Shown: positions 8,426 through 15,183, counted from the stretch's first letter. The stretch is DNA of 17,570 nucleotides from a virus (IMGVR_UViG_3300003324_000363:1-17570); one strand, 5' to 3'. Notes: generated from the letters alone by a model not told the origin. Numbers and translations are program-made.

Positions 8426-8836
8426 ATGGCAAAGTCCATATTCCCACATTCATGCAAAATCTGTGAAAGTGACCTAGTGCTTCTAAAGACTGATAGCATA
8501 CAAATAGCACCAAGAGCACCGGGGGGAAGAGGAAGGAAAATAACTACTGTTCTTGCATGGTGTAGGCATTGTAGAACTGTGTTTGATAAAGATGGATTGA
8601 ACGTAGCTAATCTTCCAGTCCAGCCTGTTTACAAGACAAAAAAGCCATCAGAAATATTTGAAGAGGCAATGAAAATATACAATGCATTCAAACGTGGTGA
8701 GCTTAAACAAGTTGACCCGCCCAAGAGAAAGTCTGCTGGGTGTGGTGTTTGTGAGTGCCCTTCATCTGCTCATACAACATATGAGAGTGATGGAAAGGTT
8801 ATTTCAAGCTGTATGAATTGTAAAGCTGTGCATTAA
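8426..8836 (+). CDS. Double zinc-ribbon protein; the only convincing plus-strand gene
   Basis: CKIC...WCRHC and CGVC...H...CMNC; has its own TATA; converges on the TrmB gene with a 4-nt overlap. Confidence 0.75.
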   Translation: MAKSIFPHSCKICESDLVLLKTDSIQIAPRAPGGRGRKITTVLAWCRHCRTVFDKDGLNVANLPVQPVYKTKKPSEIFEEAMKIYNAFKRGELKQVDPPKRKSAGCGVCECPSSAHTTYESDGKVISSCMNCKAVH

Positions 8837-9654
8837 TTACACATCGCAAATACAAACTTGAATGTGTTTATCAATCCCTTGTTTGTAGTATAAACTGCAC
8901 TGGTATCTTTCTTTGTCATAATATCATCAAATATCATTATCATTTCTTTATCATCAATTATGAGAAAAGTTGTAGGCACAATCATTTCTATCTTTTTTAT
9001 ATAAATATCTCGTCTCTTCTCCCTGCTATCGTCATATCCAATGTATTGTGAGACGTTGCTAGTTGGTGTCTTAAAACCTACTTTTAGCCTGCCTGATAAA
9101 ATATCATCTGTTATTGACTCATTATACATTTTAGCCAAGTATCGTTCTGTTGCCAAAATCATGACTGTTTCATTTGCATTATCCACCATCTTTCTCATTC
9201 TTGCCATTAGTGGGGCATGACCTTCAATTACCTGAATAATGCCAGCATCGTCTTCAAGTGCAGGCAAAGCTTTTCTAACATATGTGTTTTGCAACAAATC
9301 AACAAGCTGTTTTCCATTGTATAGCTTTTTGAACTTTACTTCTTCATAAGCCATCAATGTTTTTACAATGTCTTCAAATGTGGTCACACTGTATAGTGTT
9401 TTTCTGTTCTTATGATAAGCTTCTAAAATGTTCTTTTTTGTTAATGTGGTGATGTATCTGTAAATTTCTGTTCGTTGGATGTTTAGATATTTTCCTATTT
9501 CAGATGCAGATAAAGAACCTCTAGTAAGCAAAAGCACAACAACTCTTGCTTCATTTTGTCCTAGACCAGCCTCCTGTAGAGCATAAACTATCTCGTTGGT
9601 TGCCTGAACTACTTTTGTATGTATGTCAATGTCTTGTGACAAGCTCCAACTCAA
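8833..9654 (-). CDS. TrmB-family transcriptional regulator (wHTH plus C-terminal effector/PLD-like domain)
   Basis: LQEAGLGQNEARVVVLLLTRGSLSASEIGKYLNIQRTEIYRYITTLTKKNIL is a TrmB-type HTH; IQVIEG...FLIIDDKEMIM...AVYTTNKGLI matches the TrmB C-terminal pattern. Confidence 0.85.
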   Translation of the reverse strand: MSWSLSQDIDIHTKVVQATNEIVYALQEAGLGQNEARVVVLLLTRGSLSASEIGKYLNIQRTEIYRYITTLTKKNILEAYHKNRKTLYSVTTFEDIVKTLMAYEEVKFKKLYNGKQLVDLLQNTYVRKALPALEDDAGIIQVIEGHAPLMARMRKMVDNANETVMILATERYLAKMYNESITDDILSGRLKVGFKTPTSNVSQYIGYDDSREKRRDIYIKKIEMIVPTTFLIIDDKEMIMIFDDIMTKKDTSAVYTTNKGLINTFKFVFAMCN

Positions 9655-10055
9655 TGTAATGTGATTTGCAATGTTTTTCCAGATGATTGTCCATGCATAG
9701 TTACCGTTCCCACAGATTTGTTTTCAAAGATAGTAAAAACATCGCCAAACTTGTCAGCCTTATCCATATGTATTGTTTTATCCCAAGATACTGTCATTTT
9801 TATGACTTCGTTTGCTTGGAAATGTTTTGCATAAATAAGCTTGCCATCATCGTGGTAAATCACACCTTGATCTTTAGAATAGTCATCATTTGGGTTGTTT
9901 GCTTTAAGTATCTGTGTTTGTGAATAGTCGTTTGGGTTGCCATTTAGACTATTGCTGTCGTCAGGATTGACATACGACAATGATAGCAGAGTAGCTATAA
10001 CTGCAAGTATGCCTCCACCAGAAACAACGCCTGCTATTGCACTATTTTTATTCAT
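9651..10055 (-). CDS. Membrane-anchored protein, coupled to the TrmB gene
   Basis: IAGVVSGGGILAVIATLLSL TM segment; NPNDY/NPNDDY internal repeat; TATATA at 10087-10082. Confidence 0.7.
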   Translation of the reverse strand: MNKNSAIAGVVSGGGILAVIATLLSLSYVNPDDSNSLNGNPNDYSQTQILKANNPNDDYSKDQGVIYHDDGKLIYAKHFQANEVIKMTVSWDKTIHMDKADKFGDVFTIFENKSVGTVTMHGQSSGKTLQITLH

Positions 10056-10097
10056 TGATGGGTAGAAATGTGGATAGAGAATATATAGCTTGACTTC

Positions 10098-10307
10098 TTA
10101 AACCTGTATTTCCCATTCATCTTCAAATGGCTTTACTTTCTCCATTTGAGCTTCAGTTATCATATCTTCCATATGCAACCAGATTAGCAGTGTTTTATCC
10201 ACATACTTTAGTTCGTTTTCATTAACATATGTGGAATCAAATGCCCGTCTACCTTCAATACGTGGTGCTCGGCTGATAAATTCCATAACATTCGAAGATA
10301 CTCTCAT
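10098..10307 (-). CDS. Array member 17: Cys-free head plus conserved helix (LIWLHMEDMI)
   Basis: ORF track 69 aa; ATGA coupling; shares the array tail motif. Confidence 0.75.
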   Translation of the reverse strand: MRVSSNVMEFISRAPRIEGRRAFDSTYVNENELKYVDKTLLIWLHMEDMITEAQMEKVKPFEDEWEIQV

Positions 10308-10507
10308 GCCTTTTCACCATTTAACATATCAGCAATGTGATAGAATATCAGGTCGTGTTTAGGTAGTTCCATGAGTGTTTCATCATACACATCAATATCT
10401 ACAAATTCACATGTTGTTGGTATAGGCACTCTTCCGTCAGTCAATGCCATATACTGGTCATATGTAAGTGTGAATATACTGTAGGCACCTTCTGGATAAC
10501 GTTTCAT
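10304..10507 (-). CDS. Array member 16: non-zinc-finger head plus conserved helix (LIFYHIADML)
   Basis: ORF track 67 aa; ATGA coupling. Confidence 0.75.
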   Translation of the reverse strand: MKRYPEGAYSIFTLTYDQYMALTDGRVPIPTTCEFVDIDVYDETLMELPKHDLIFYHIADMLNGEKA

Positions 10508-10716
10508 TGTTTAGAACCTGCCAATTCTGCTTCATTTATCATATCTTCAATGTGCAGGTATATCTTTTCTGTAGGTGTTAATAGTTTCAATTCTGAGTCT
10601 GTATAGGAAAGACAGTAGTATTTTGGCTGTAAAACTGATGCATATTCTACCACTCTATACTCTGGATACATTCTCATGAGAAATCCAGTTGCATTACGTT
10701 CTAAATATCTTCTCAA
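10504..10716 (-). CDS. Array member 15: non-zinc-finger head plus conserved helix (KIYLHIEDMI)
   Basis: ORF track 70 aa; TTG start overlapping the upstream TGA (TTGA). Confidence 0.75.
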   Translation of the reverse strand: MRRYLERNATGFLMRMYPEYRVVEYASVLQPKYYCLSYTDSELKLLTPTEKIYLHIEDMINEAELAGSKQ

Positions 10717-10862
10717 TCTACATTCGCCAGCTTTCCTAGCATATCTTTCATCTCATAATAGATTGCAATAGTTATACTCTTATGGTATTCTTTAGCATAG
10801 CAGCTCCAACAAACATACCTTTTGGCAAAATTGAAACAATTTTCAGCATTACATGTATGCAT
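10713..10862 (-). CDS. Array member 14: C4 zinc-finger plus helix (49 aa)
   Basis: Hand translation: MHTCNAENCFNFAKRYVCWSCYAKEYHKSITIAIYYEMKDMLGKLANVD. Confidence 0.85.
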   Translation of the reverse strand: MHTCNAENCFNFAKRYVCWSCYAKEYHKSITIAIYYEMKDMLGKLANVD

Positions 10863-10866
10863 CTAT

Positions 10867-11049
10867 TCATCCACCACGATTCCCATTCACAGTTTTAGCA
10901 TCAGAAGAGGAAGTATTTGCCTCTATCATTTCCTTCATTTCCCAGAATATGGCATTTGTCATATCAAAGTCCATTAACTTACAATAGCAACTTCTACATA
11001 GCACTGTGTTTGTCCCACTATCGCATTCTTTTATTACACACTTTTTCAA
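10867..11049 (-). CDS. Array member 13 (60 aa, TTG start)
   Basis: MKKCVIKECDSGTNTVLCRSCYCKLMDFDMTNAIFWEMKEMIEA...; TTG 1 nt after the upstream TAA. Confidence 0.85.
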   Translation of the reverse strand: MKKCVIKECDSGTNTVLCRSCYCKLMDFDMTNAIFWEMKEMIEANTSSSDAKTVNGNRGG

Positions 11050-11050
11050 G

Positions 11051-11206
11051 TTAGCTTGCCTCAATCCTGCCTAGCAGTTCTAGCATCTCTCCAAATATGG
11101 CATGTGTGATGTTTGTCTGTCCTGTTATTGGTGACTTGCAGAAACAACTCCAGCATAGCCTGCTTGATGTCAAGTTATCACAATGTTCTGTTTTACATTT
11201 GTTCAA
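11051..11206 (-). CDS. Array member 12 (51 aa, TTG start)
   Basis: Hand translation: MNKCKTEHCDNLTSSRLCWSCFCKSPITGQTNITHAIFGEMLELLGRIEAS. Confidence 0.85.
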   Translation of the reverse strand: MNKCKTEHCDNLTSSRLCWSCFCKSPITGQTNITHAIFGEMLELLGRIEAS

Positions 11207-11207
11207 G

Positions 11208-11348
11208 CTATTCAATCCCCTTCTTGCCTAGCATCTCTACCATTTCTCTGTATATTGCTTCTGTCATTGATAATGACAATATAGTGATATAACAACTCCA
11301 GCAGGTTCGATATTGTGTTACATTGGTGCACAATATACATTTGTTCAA
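11208..11348 (-). CDS. Array member 11 (46 aa, TTG start)
   Basis: Hand translation: MNKCILCTNVTQYRTCWSCYITILSLSMTEAIYREMVEMLGKKGIE. Confidence 0.85.
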   Translation of the reverse strand: MNKCILCTNVTQYRTCWSCYITILSLSMTEAIYREMVEMLGKKGIE

Positions 11349-11349
11349 C

Positions 11350-11508
11350 TCATTCATCTCCATTTGTCGAAGTTTTCTTTTCTGCTATCAACTCACTCAT
11401 CTCATGCCATATTACCTCTATAGCAGTCATCTTGTTATTCTTGTGGTAAAAACAGCTCCAACATACGGTGAAATAAGTTACATTTAAGCAATCTTTACAT
11501 TTATTCAA
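11350..11508 (-). CDS. Array member 10 (52 aa, TTG start)
   Basis: MNKCKDCLNVTYFTVCWSCFYHKNNKMTAIEVIWHEMSELIAEKK... Confidence 0.85.
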   Translation of the reverse strand: MNKCKDCLNVTYFTVCWSCFYHKNNKMTAIEVIWHEMSELIAEKKTSTNGDE

Positions 11509-11674
11509 CGTATGACCACCTAACCATAGCACCTTTTACACCATAAATCATTTCAAGAATGTTTCTTTCTATTGCATGTGTGGCATTTGTCTTTGGTTGT
11601 AGAATCTTTGCCCAGCAGCTCCAGCATAGTGACCATCCATTATGTTTGTAGTCACCACACATGCATCTAGTCAA
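11501..11674 (-). CDS. Array member 9 (57 aa, TTG start)
   Basis: MTRCMCGDYKHNGWSLCWSCWAKILQPKTNATHAIERNILEMIYG... Confidence 0.85.
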   Translation of the reverse strand: MTRCMCGDYKHNGWSLCWSCWAKILQPKTNATHAIERNILEMIYGVKGAMVRWSYVE

Positions 11675-11843
11675 TTTTACCTTTTCTCCTATGCAATGCC
11701 CCTGTAAATCCATGTAGCATTTCAAGTATCTCAAACTCTATTATGTTTACAGCATTGGCACCACGATTGTTTCTAGATAGCCAACATGACCAACAGTTGT
11801 CATGTCCCCATTCTTTATACATACCACAATTGCATTTTACCAT
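11667..11843 (-). CDS. Array member 8 (58 aa)
   Basis: Hand translation: MVKCNCGMYKEWGHDNCWSCWLSRNNRGANAVNIIEFEILEMLHGFTGALHRRKGKID. Confidence 0.85.
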   Translation of the reverse strand: MVKCNCGMYKEWGHDNCWSCWLSRNNRGANAVNIIEFEILEMLHGFTGALHRRKGKID

Positions 11844-12019
11844 TTCCTAGTACGCCACCTATCATTTGCTTCTTTTGCACCAAATACCATATCCACTATT
11901 TCCAGTTCTATAGCTTTCACAATACCTATGTCTGAAATGTGAACATACTCTACATAGCAAGACCAGCAATAGCCGTTTATCTGATCTTTATAATTTCCAC
12001 ATTCACATTTGTTTGTCAT
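11837..12019 (-). CDS. Array member 7 (60 aa)
   Basis: MTNKCECGNYKDQINGYCWSCY...KAIELEIVDMVFG... Confidence 0.85.
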   Translation of the reverse strand: MTNKCECGNYKDQINGYCWSCYVEYVHISDIGIVKAIELEIVDMVFGAKEANDRWRTRKW

Positions 12020-12022
12020 TTC

Positions 12023-12169
12023 TTATTCCCTCAACAACATATTCGTCATGTCTGACATGATTATGCTCAATATTGGCTCTCTGCTAACTCTTGTCCACCA
12101 ACAACGCCAACAGAATCCGGCTGGCACATCTGACCAATACGGACAGTCTTTTGTACCACAATGTGCCAT
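12023..12169 (-). CDS. Array member 6 (48 aa)
   Basis: Hand translation: MAHCGTKDCPYWSDVPAGFCWRCWWTRVSREPILSIIMSDMTNMLLRE; TAATG coupling. Confidence 0.85.
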   Translation of the reverse strand: MAHCGTKDCPYWSDVPAGFCWRCWWTRVSREPILSIIMSDMTNMLLRE

Positions 12170-12576
12170 TATTCTTTATACCCCACAAAATGTTTGTAGA
12201 ATGCTGTCATTTCTGGGTATAACATTTCTTTGACTTCCCATTCTATTGCAGATACAACATTGCAGGTTTTTGCTACTTGAATATACAAACAAGCAGAGCA
12301 TAAGTTTTCAGGAAATGCCCTCAATAAAGACAATTTGCCACATTTGGAACAATTACTGAAGCTCATGTACGTATCCCCTAAGTTTTTATATATTGACCTT
12401 TCTGAAAAGAGCATCTCATGAATCTCCCATTCTATTGTGTTTATGACAGCATATCCTTTCCCACCAAAACTTTCACTTTCTGCATAATAACATTTAGCAC
12501 ATGACCCACATGCATTGTATATTTTCCCAAAGCTTTGGCAAGTTGGACAATCAGCATAACAATATGGCTCTTTCAT
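12169..12576 (-). CDS. Array member 5: two units fused in frame (135 aa)
   Basis: Unit a CPTC...CAKCYY...TIEWEIHEML; unit b from Met71 (12366) CSKC...CSACLY...AIEWEVKEML. Confidence 0.85.
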   Translation of the reverse strand: MKEPYCYADCPTCQSFGKIYNACGSCAKCYYAESESFGGKGYAVINTIEWEIHEMLFSERSIYKNLGDTYMSFSNCSKCGKLSLLRAFPENLCSACLYIQVAKTCNVVSAIEWEVKEMLYPEMTAFYKHFVGYKE

Positions 12577-12725
12577 TAGCTGCCACTCAACATGTCATAA
12601 AGGTGATGGGTAAGTACAGACAGTGCACGGTCTGTGTATCCGTAGTCATCAAAATAACAATTCCAGCATCTAGGAAGATGTTTAGGTTTAAACTTGATGC
12701 ATAATGGGCATATTTCTGGTGACAT
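12576..12725 (-). CDS. Array member 4 (49 aa)
   Basis: Hand translation: MSPEICPLCIKFKPKHLPRCWNCYFDDYGYTDRALSVLTHHLYDMLSGS; TAATG at both ends. Confidence 0.85.
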   Translation of the reverse strand: MSPEICPLCIKFKPKHLPRCWNCYFDDYGYTDRALSVLTHHLYDMLSGS

Positions 12726-12901
12726 TATGCACTTACCTCTTTTAGCATGTCTCTCATTTCGGCAATGATTGCAGAAATTATAGGAGCAGGATAGCCAGCA
12801 ATCTTATAGTAGCATGTGGCGCAGCACAAATTGCTGCCCCACCTATCTGCATTGTCCACTTTACATTTGCAACCACACTGAAAACAAAGTCCAATAGCCA
12901 T
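12725..12901 (-). CDS. Array member 3 (58 aa)
   Basis: Hand translation: MAIGLCFQCGCKCKVDNADRWGSNLCCATCYYKIAGYPAPIISAIIAEMRDMLKEVSA. Confidence 0.85.
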   Translation of the reverse strand: MAIGLCFQCGCKCKVDNADRWGSNLCCATCYYKIAGYPAPIISAIIAEMRDMLKEVSA

Positions 12902-12903
12902 TA

Positions 12904-13068
12904 TTAGTCTACCTCTGGAAATCTTATCATATTTCTTATTTCAAAATCTATTGTCAATAGAACAGGATTTTCATAGCCTAGTGATCGATAATAGCATGGC
13001 GAACAAGAATTTACAACTTCGTGTATTTTACACACACGCCCACATTTTGGGCAAGCATCAATAGTCAT
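12904..13068 (-). CDS. Array member 2 (54 aa)
   Basis: Hand translation: MTIDACPKCGRVCKIHEVVNSCSPCYYRSLGYENPVLLTIDFEIRNMIRFPEVD. Confidence 0.85.
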   Translation of the reverse strand: MTIDACPKCGRVCKIHEVVNSCSPCYYRSLGYENPVLLTIDFEIRNMIRFPEVD

Positions 13069-13232
13069 TGTGCATTTATCTCCAACTCACGTTTATCAGC
13101 TAACATCTCGCCCATGTCGTATTCGATTATTGACAAAACATCAAAGACCTTATTATCTCTAGCATAGCAGCATCGCCAGCAATAATTGTTAAATGGTGCT
13201 ACATACCCATTACATTGCCTGCAATAACGCAC
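13065..13232 (-). CDS. Array member 1 (55 aa, GTG start, probably leaderless)
   Basis: Hand translation: MRYCRQCNGYVAPFNNYCWRCCYARDNKVFDVLSIIEYDMGEMLADKRELEINAQ. Confidence 0.8.
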   Translation of the reverse strand: MRYCRQCNGYVAPFNNYCWRCCYARDNKVFDVLSIIEYDMGEMLADKRELEINAQ

Positions 13233-13254
13233 ACAGATTAAAACTTGGTAATAA

Positions 13255-13270
13255 TATATAAATATATTTA
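13255..13270 (-). promoter_or_regulatory. Array promoter: TTTATATA box overlapped by the palindrome TAAATATATTTA
   Basis: TATA ends 23 nt before GTG 13232; the same 16-mer recurs at 16143-16158. Confidence 0.65.
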
Positions 13271-13546
13271 CTTATGGTGCTGGAAGTGTGGATTCTTGTA
13301 TTTTACAGGCAATACCTTTCTAACCCGGCTAAAATCATAGCCCATGCTTCTTACCTCATTGCTTATTATTGTGCTTATCAGGTGTAAAGGCACCTGTTTA
13401 CTATGTTCTAGCTCATATGCACGTTGCAAAATGTAAGCTGTTATATCTAGTCTTGTTGGTGCTCCCACACCTTCAAGCTTACTTGGCGGCAGCAAGTCGG
13501 ATTCTGTCGATCTTTTGATTGTCTTGTAGGGACGTTTGCCTTTCAT
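13268..13546 (-). CDS. Basic hypothetical protein, possibly DNA-binding
   Basis: 92 aa, K/R-rich; ATGA coupling to the HNH gene. Confidence 0.6.
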   Translation of the reverse strand: MKGKRPYKTIKRSTESDLLPPSKLEGVGAPTRLDITAYILQRAYELEHSKQVPLHLISTIISNEVRSMGYDFSRVRKVLPVKYKNPHFQHHK

Positions 13547-13914
13547 GTTGCAATCACTTGCCCATACATATCATAGTGTGTAACTTCATTGTTAGAGTAT
13601 CTTTTGATAAAGTTACAATTAGCACATAGAATCTGGAATATTGTCGTTGCCTCTTCTGGATGACGTAAATAATATTTTACAAACTGTTCATTGTTAGGAA
13701 AAAGGAGTCTATGTTTTGTGCCTCCACCTTTAATGTGGTCTATCTGCAATGCTCGATAATCAGCAAATCCACATTGTGCACATTTATCTCCTAATAATTT
13801 TATCAAGCTTATTCTATTTTTTACTCGTCTTATTCTTTCGGCAATACGTTTCTTTTCCTTTAACTCTGGCTTTTTGTTGTATTCGTGCATGTAGGCTTTC
13901 CTAGCAAGAGACAC
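13543..13914 (-). CDS. HNH endonuclease
   Basis: CAQCG...LQIDHIKGGG...FQILCANCNFIK zinc-binding HNH signature; TTTATA at 13943-13938, 24 nt before the GTG. Confidence 0.85.
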   Translation of the reverse strand: MSLARKAYMHEYNKKPELKEKKRIAERIRRVKNRISLIKLLGDKCAQCGFADYRALQIDHIKGGGTKHRLLFPNNEQFVKYYLRHPEEATTIFQILCANCNFIKRYSNNEVTHYDMYGQVIAT

Positions 13915-13951
13915 AAGTTTCCACTCCTAAAGAACAGTATAAATCAAATAT

Positions 13952-14752
13952 CTAGTCGTGAGCATACATGGCACCATTATATGGGTCGAAAGTAATTGTC
14001 ACAGTTCCTACCCGTTTAGCTTCTTTTGGATTTATTTCCACATACCCGTCCACTCCTCTTGCATATCCTTGCAAGAATGTGCCAGTATTACAATACAATA
14101 TTTTTCTTTCAATTGGTGAATTTGTTTTATAATCATACCCTACTCTGATTCCACTTCTAGTCCAAGTATCGTGATTGTGCCCCATGAGAATGACATCTGC
14201 ATCAAAATCTGACCCAATCTGTTTCATTCTATTCACTGACCCTCCTGCCTGCATCCCAGAATAACCTCCATGCAAAGCTAAAATCAAATAGTTTCGTATT
14301 GTTTGCCCTTTATACTTACAACTCAAATGGATGTAGGCTAATCTTCCAAGATATGAGCATCCTAACGGGTTACAAATGTCGGTAATAAATCGTTTCATAT
14401 TGATGGTACGCCATTCATGATTCCCACTCAATAGTCCCCAAGTTTTATGTTTCAGTGGCTGCCATAACTGTAGAAAATACTCAACTTGCTCCTCAGTCAT
14501 CATATGCTGTCTGTCAACTGTTTCAGGATTCCAACGTTTGTCAACCTGTCCTCCTGCATAAGCCATGATGTTATCAATGTAATCACCCATGCCAATCGTG
14601 TAGTAATCCTTGTTATTGGCAACAAATTTGACATGCTTTTTGAATTCGTCAACATCACAAGCTATGTTGCCTAGATGAATGTCCCCCAGTGGACGTACGT
14701 GAATTTTTGCATCTTTGGTTGGTAATTCGATAGTTACACGTTTACAGAACAC
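13952..14752 (-). CDS. Calcineurin-like metallophosphoesterase
   Basis: All five motifs present: GDIHLG, GDYIDN, GNHE, HG, GHNH. Confidence 0.9.
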   Translation of the reverse strand: MFCKRVTIELPTKDAKIHVRPLGDIHLGNIACDVDEFKKHVKFVANNKDYYTIGMGDYIDNIMAYAGGQVDKRWNPETVDRQHMMTEEQVEYFLQLWQPLKHKTWGLLSGNHEWRTINMKRFITDICNPLGCSYLGRLAYIHLSCKYKGQTIRNYLILALHGGYSGMQAGGSVNRMKQIGSDFDADVILMGHNHDTWTRSGIRVGYDYKTNSPIERKILYCNTGTFLQGYARGVDGYVEINPKEAKRVGTVTITFDPYNGAMYAHD

Positions 14753-14819
14753 TGGGTTTCGTTATTGGAGAGCTTATTTTGGCTATAACTAGACTTTGTT
14801 GCCAATGTTAATCGTTCAA

Positions 14820-14951
14820 CTATGACGGAACATCATGTTCAAAGACCTCACGTTCATCAACCCATCCACAGCCACGACAATTAGCCCACTCATCAAACCA
14901 AACTCCAACTTTTGTTGATTGACATTTAGGACACCATACTCTTGTTGGCAA
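14820..14951 (-). CDS. Zinc-ribbon microprotein (43 aa, TTG start)
   Basis: Hand translation: MPTRVWCPKCQSTKVGVWFDEWANCRGCGWVDEREVFEHDVPS. Confidence 0.7.
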   Translation of the reverse strand: MPTRVWCPKCQSTKVGVWFDEWANCRGCGWVDEREVFEHDVPS

Positions 14952-15068
14952 TTATGTTTTCTTCTCCATGGTCATCATGGTGCATTCTAAACATAGCCAA
15001 TGATTTTTCCACCAAACAAAAATGCCATCTGTGTGCAATTCTGCTCCACAGTTTTCACATTTGAACAT
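14952..15068 (-). CDS. C4 zinc-finger microprotein (38 aa)
   Basis: Hand translation: MFKCENCGAELHTDGIFVWWKNHWLCLECTMMTMEKKT. Confidence 0.7.
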   Translation of the reverse strand: MFKCENCGAELHTDGIFVWWKNHWLCLECTMMTMEKKT

Positions 15069-15183
15069 GTGTTTTGTCGTTCTCCTTCTCAGAATCATTC
15101 CAACCTTTAGACCATCCTATGCTATAGCCAAATAGAAAAGCCAAGACACAGCTTGCAACTCCACCAAGTATTAATTCTAACAT
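15055..15183 (-). CDS. Small membrane protein (42 aa)
   Basis: Hand translation: MLELILGGVASCVLAFLFGYSIGWSKGWNDSEKENDKTHVQM. Confidence 0.65.
   Translation of the reverse strand: MLELILGGVASCVLAFLFGYSIGWSKGWNDSEKENDKTHVQM

Noticed and set aside
10867-11734. ORF-track starts at 11064, 11532 and 11734
   Set aside because: These extensions overlap upstream paralogues; downstream TTG starts (11049, 11508, 11674) align with the family N-terminus and have SD-like motifs.
10713-13232. CRISPR array or integron-like cassette array, suggested by the roughly 150-180 nt periodicity
   Set aside because: The repeats are short, imperfect and fall inside codons for conserved residues; the units are overlapping ORFs with no intergenic repeat or attC-like site; no cas or integrase gene is in the window.
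10098-13232. Diversity-generating retroelement as the source of variation
   Set aside because: No reverse transcriptase and no TR/VR pair differing only at adenines is visible; divergence includes indels and all base types.
13543-13914. HNH gene as a mobile homing element or intron
   Set aside because: It is free-standing with its own TATA box, interrupts no gene, and shows no intron or insertion boundaries; such HNH genes are common in tailed viruses.
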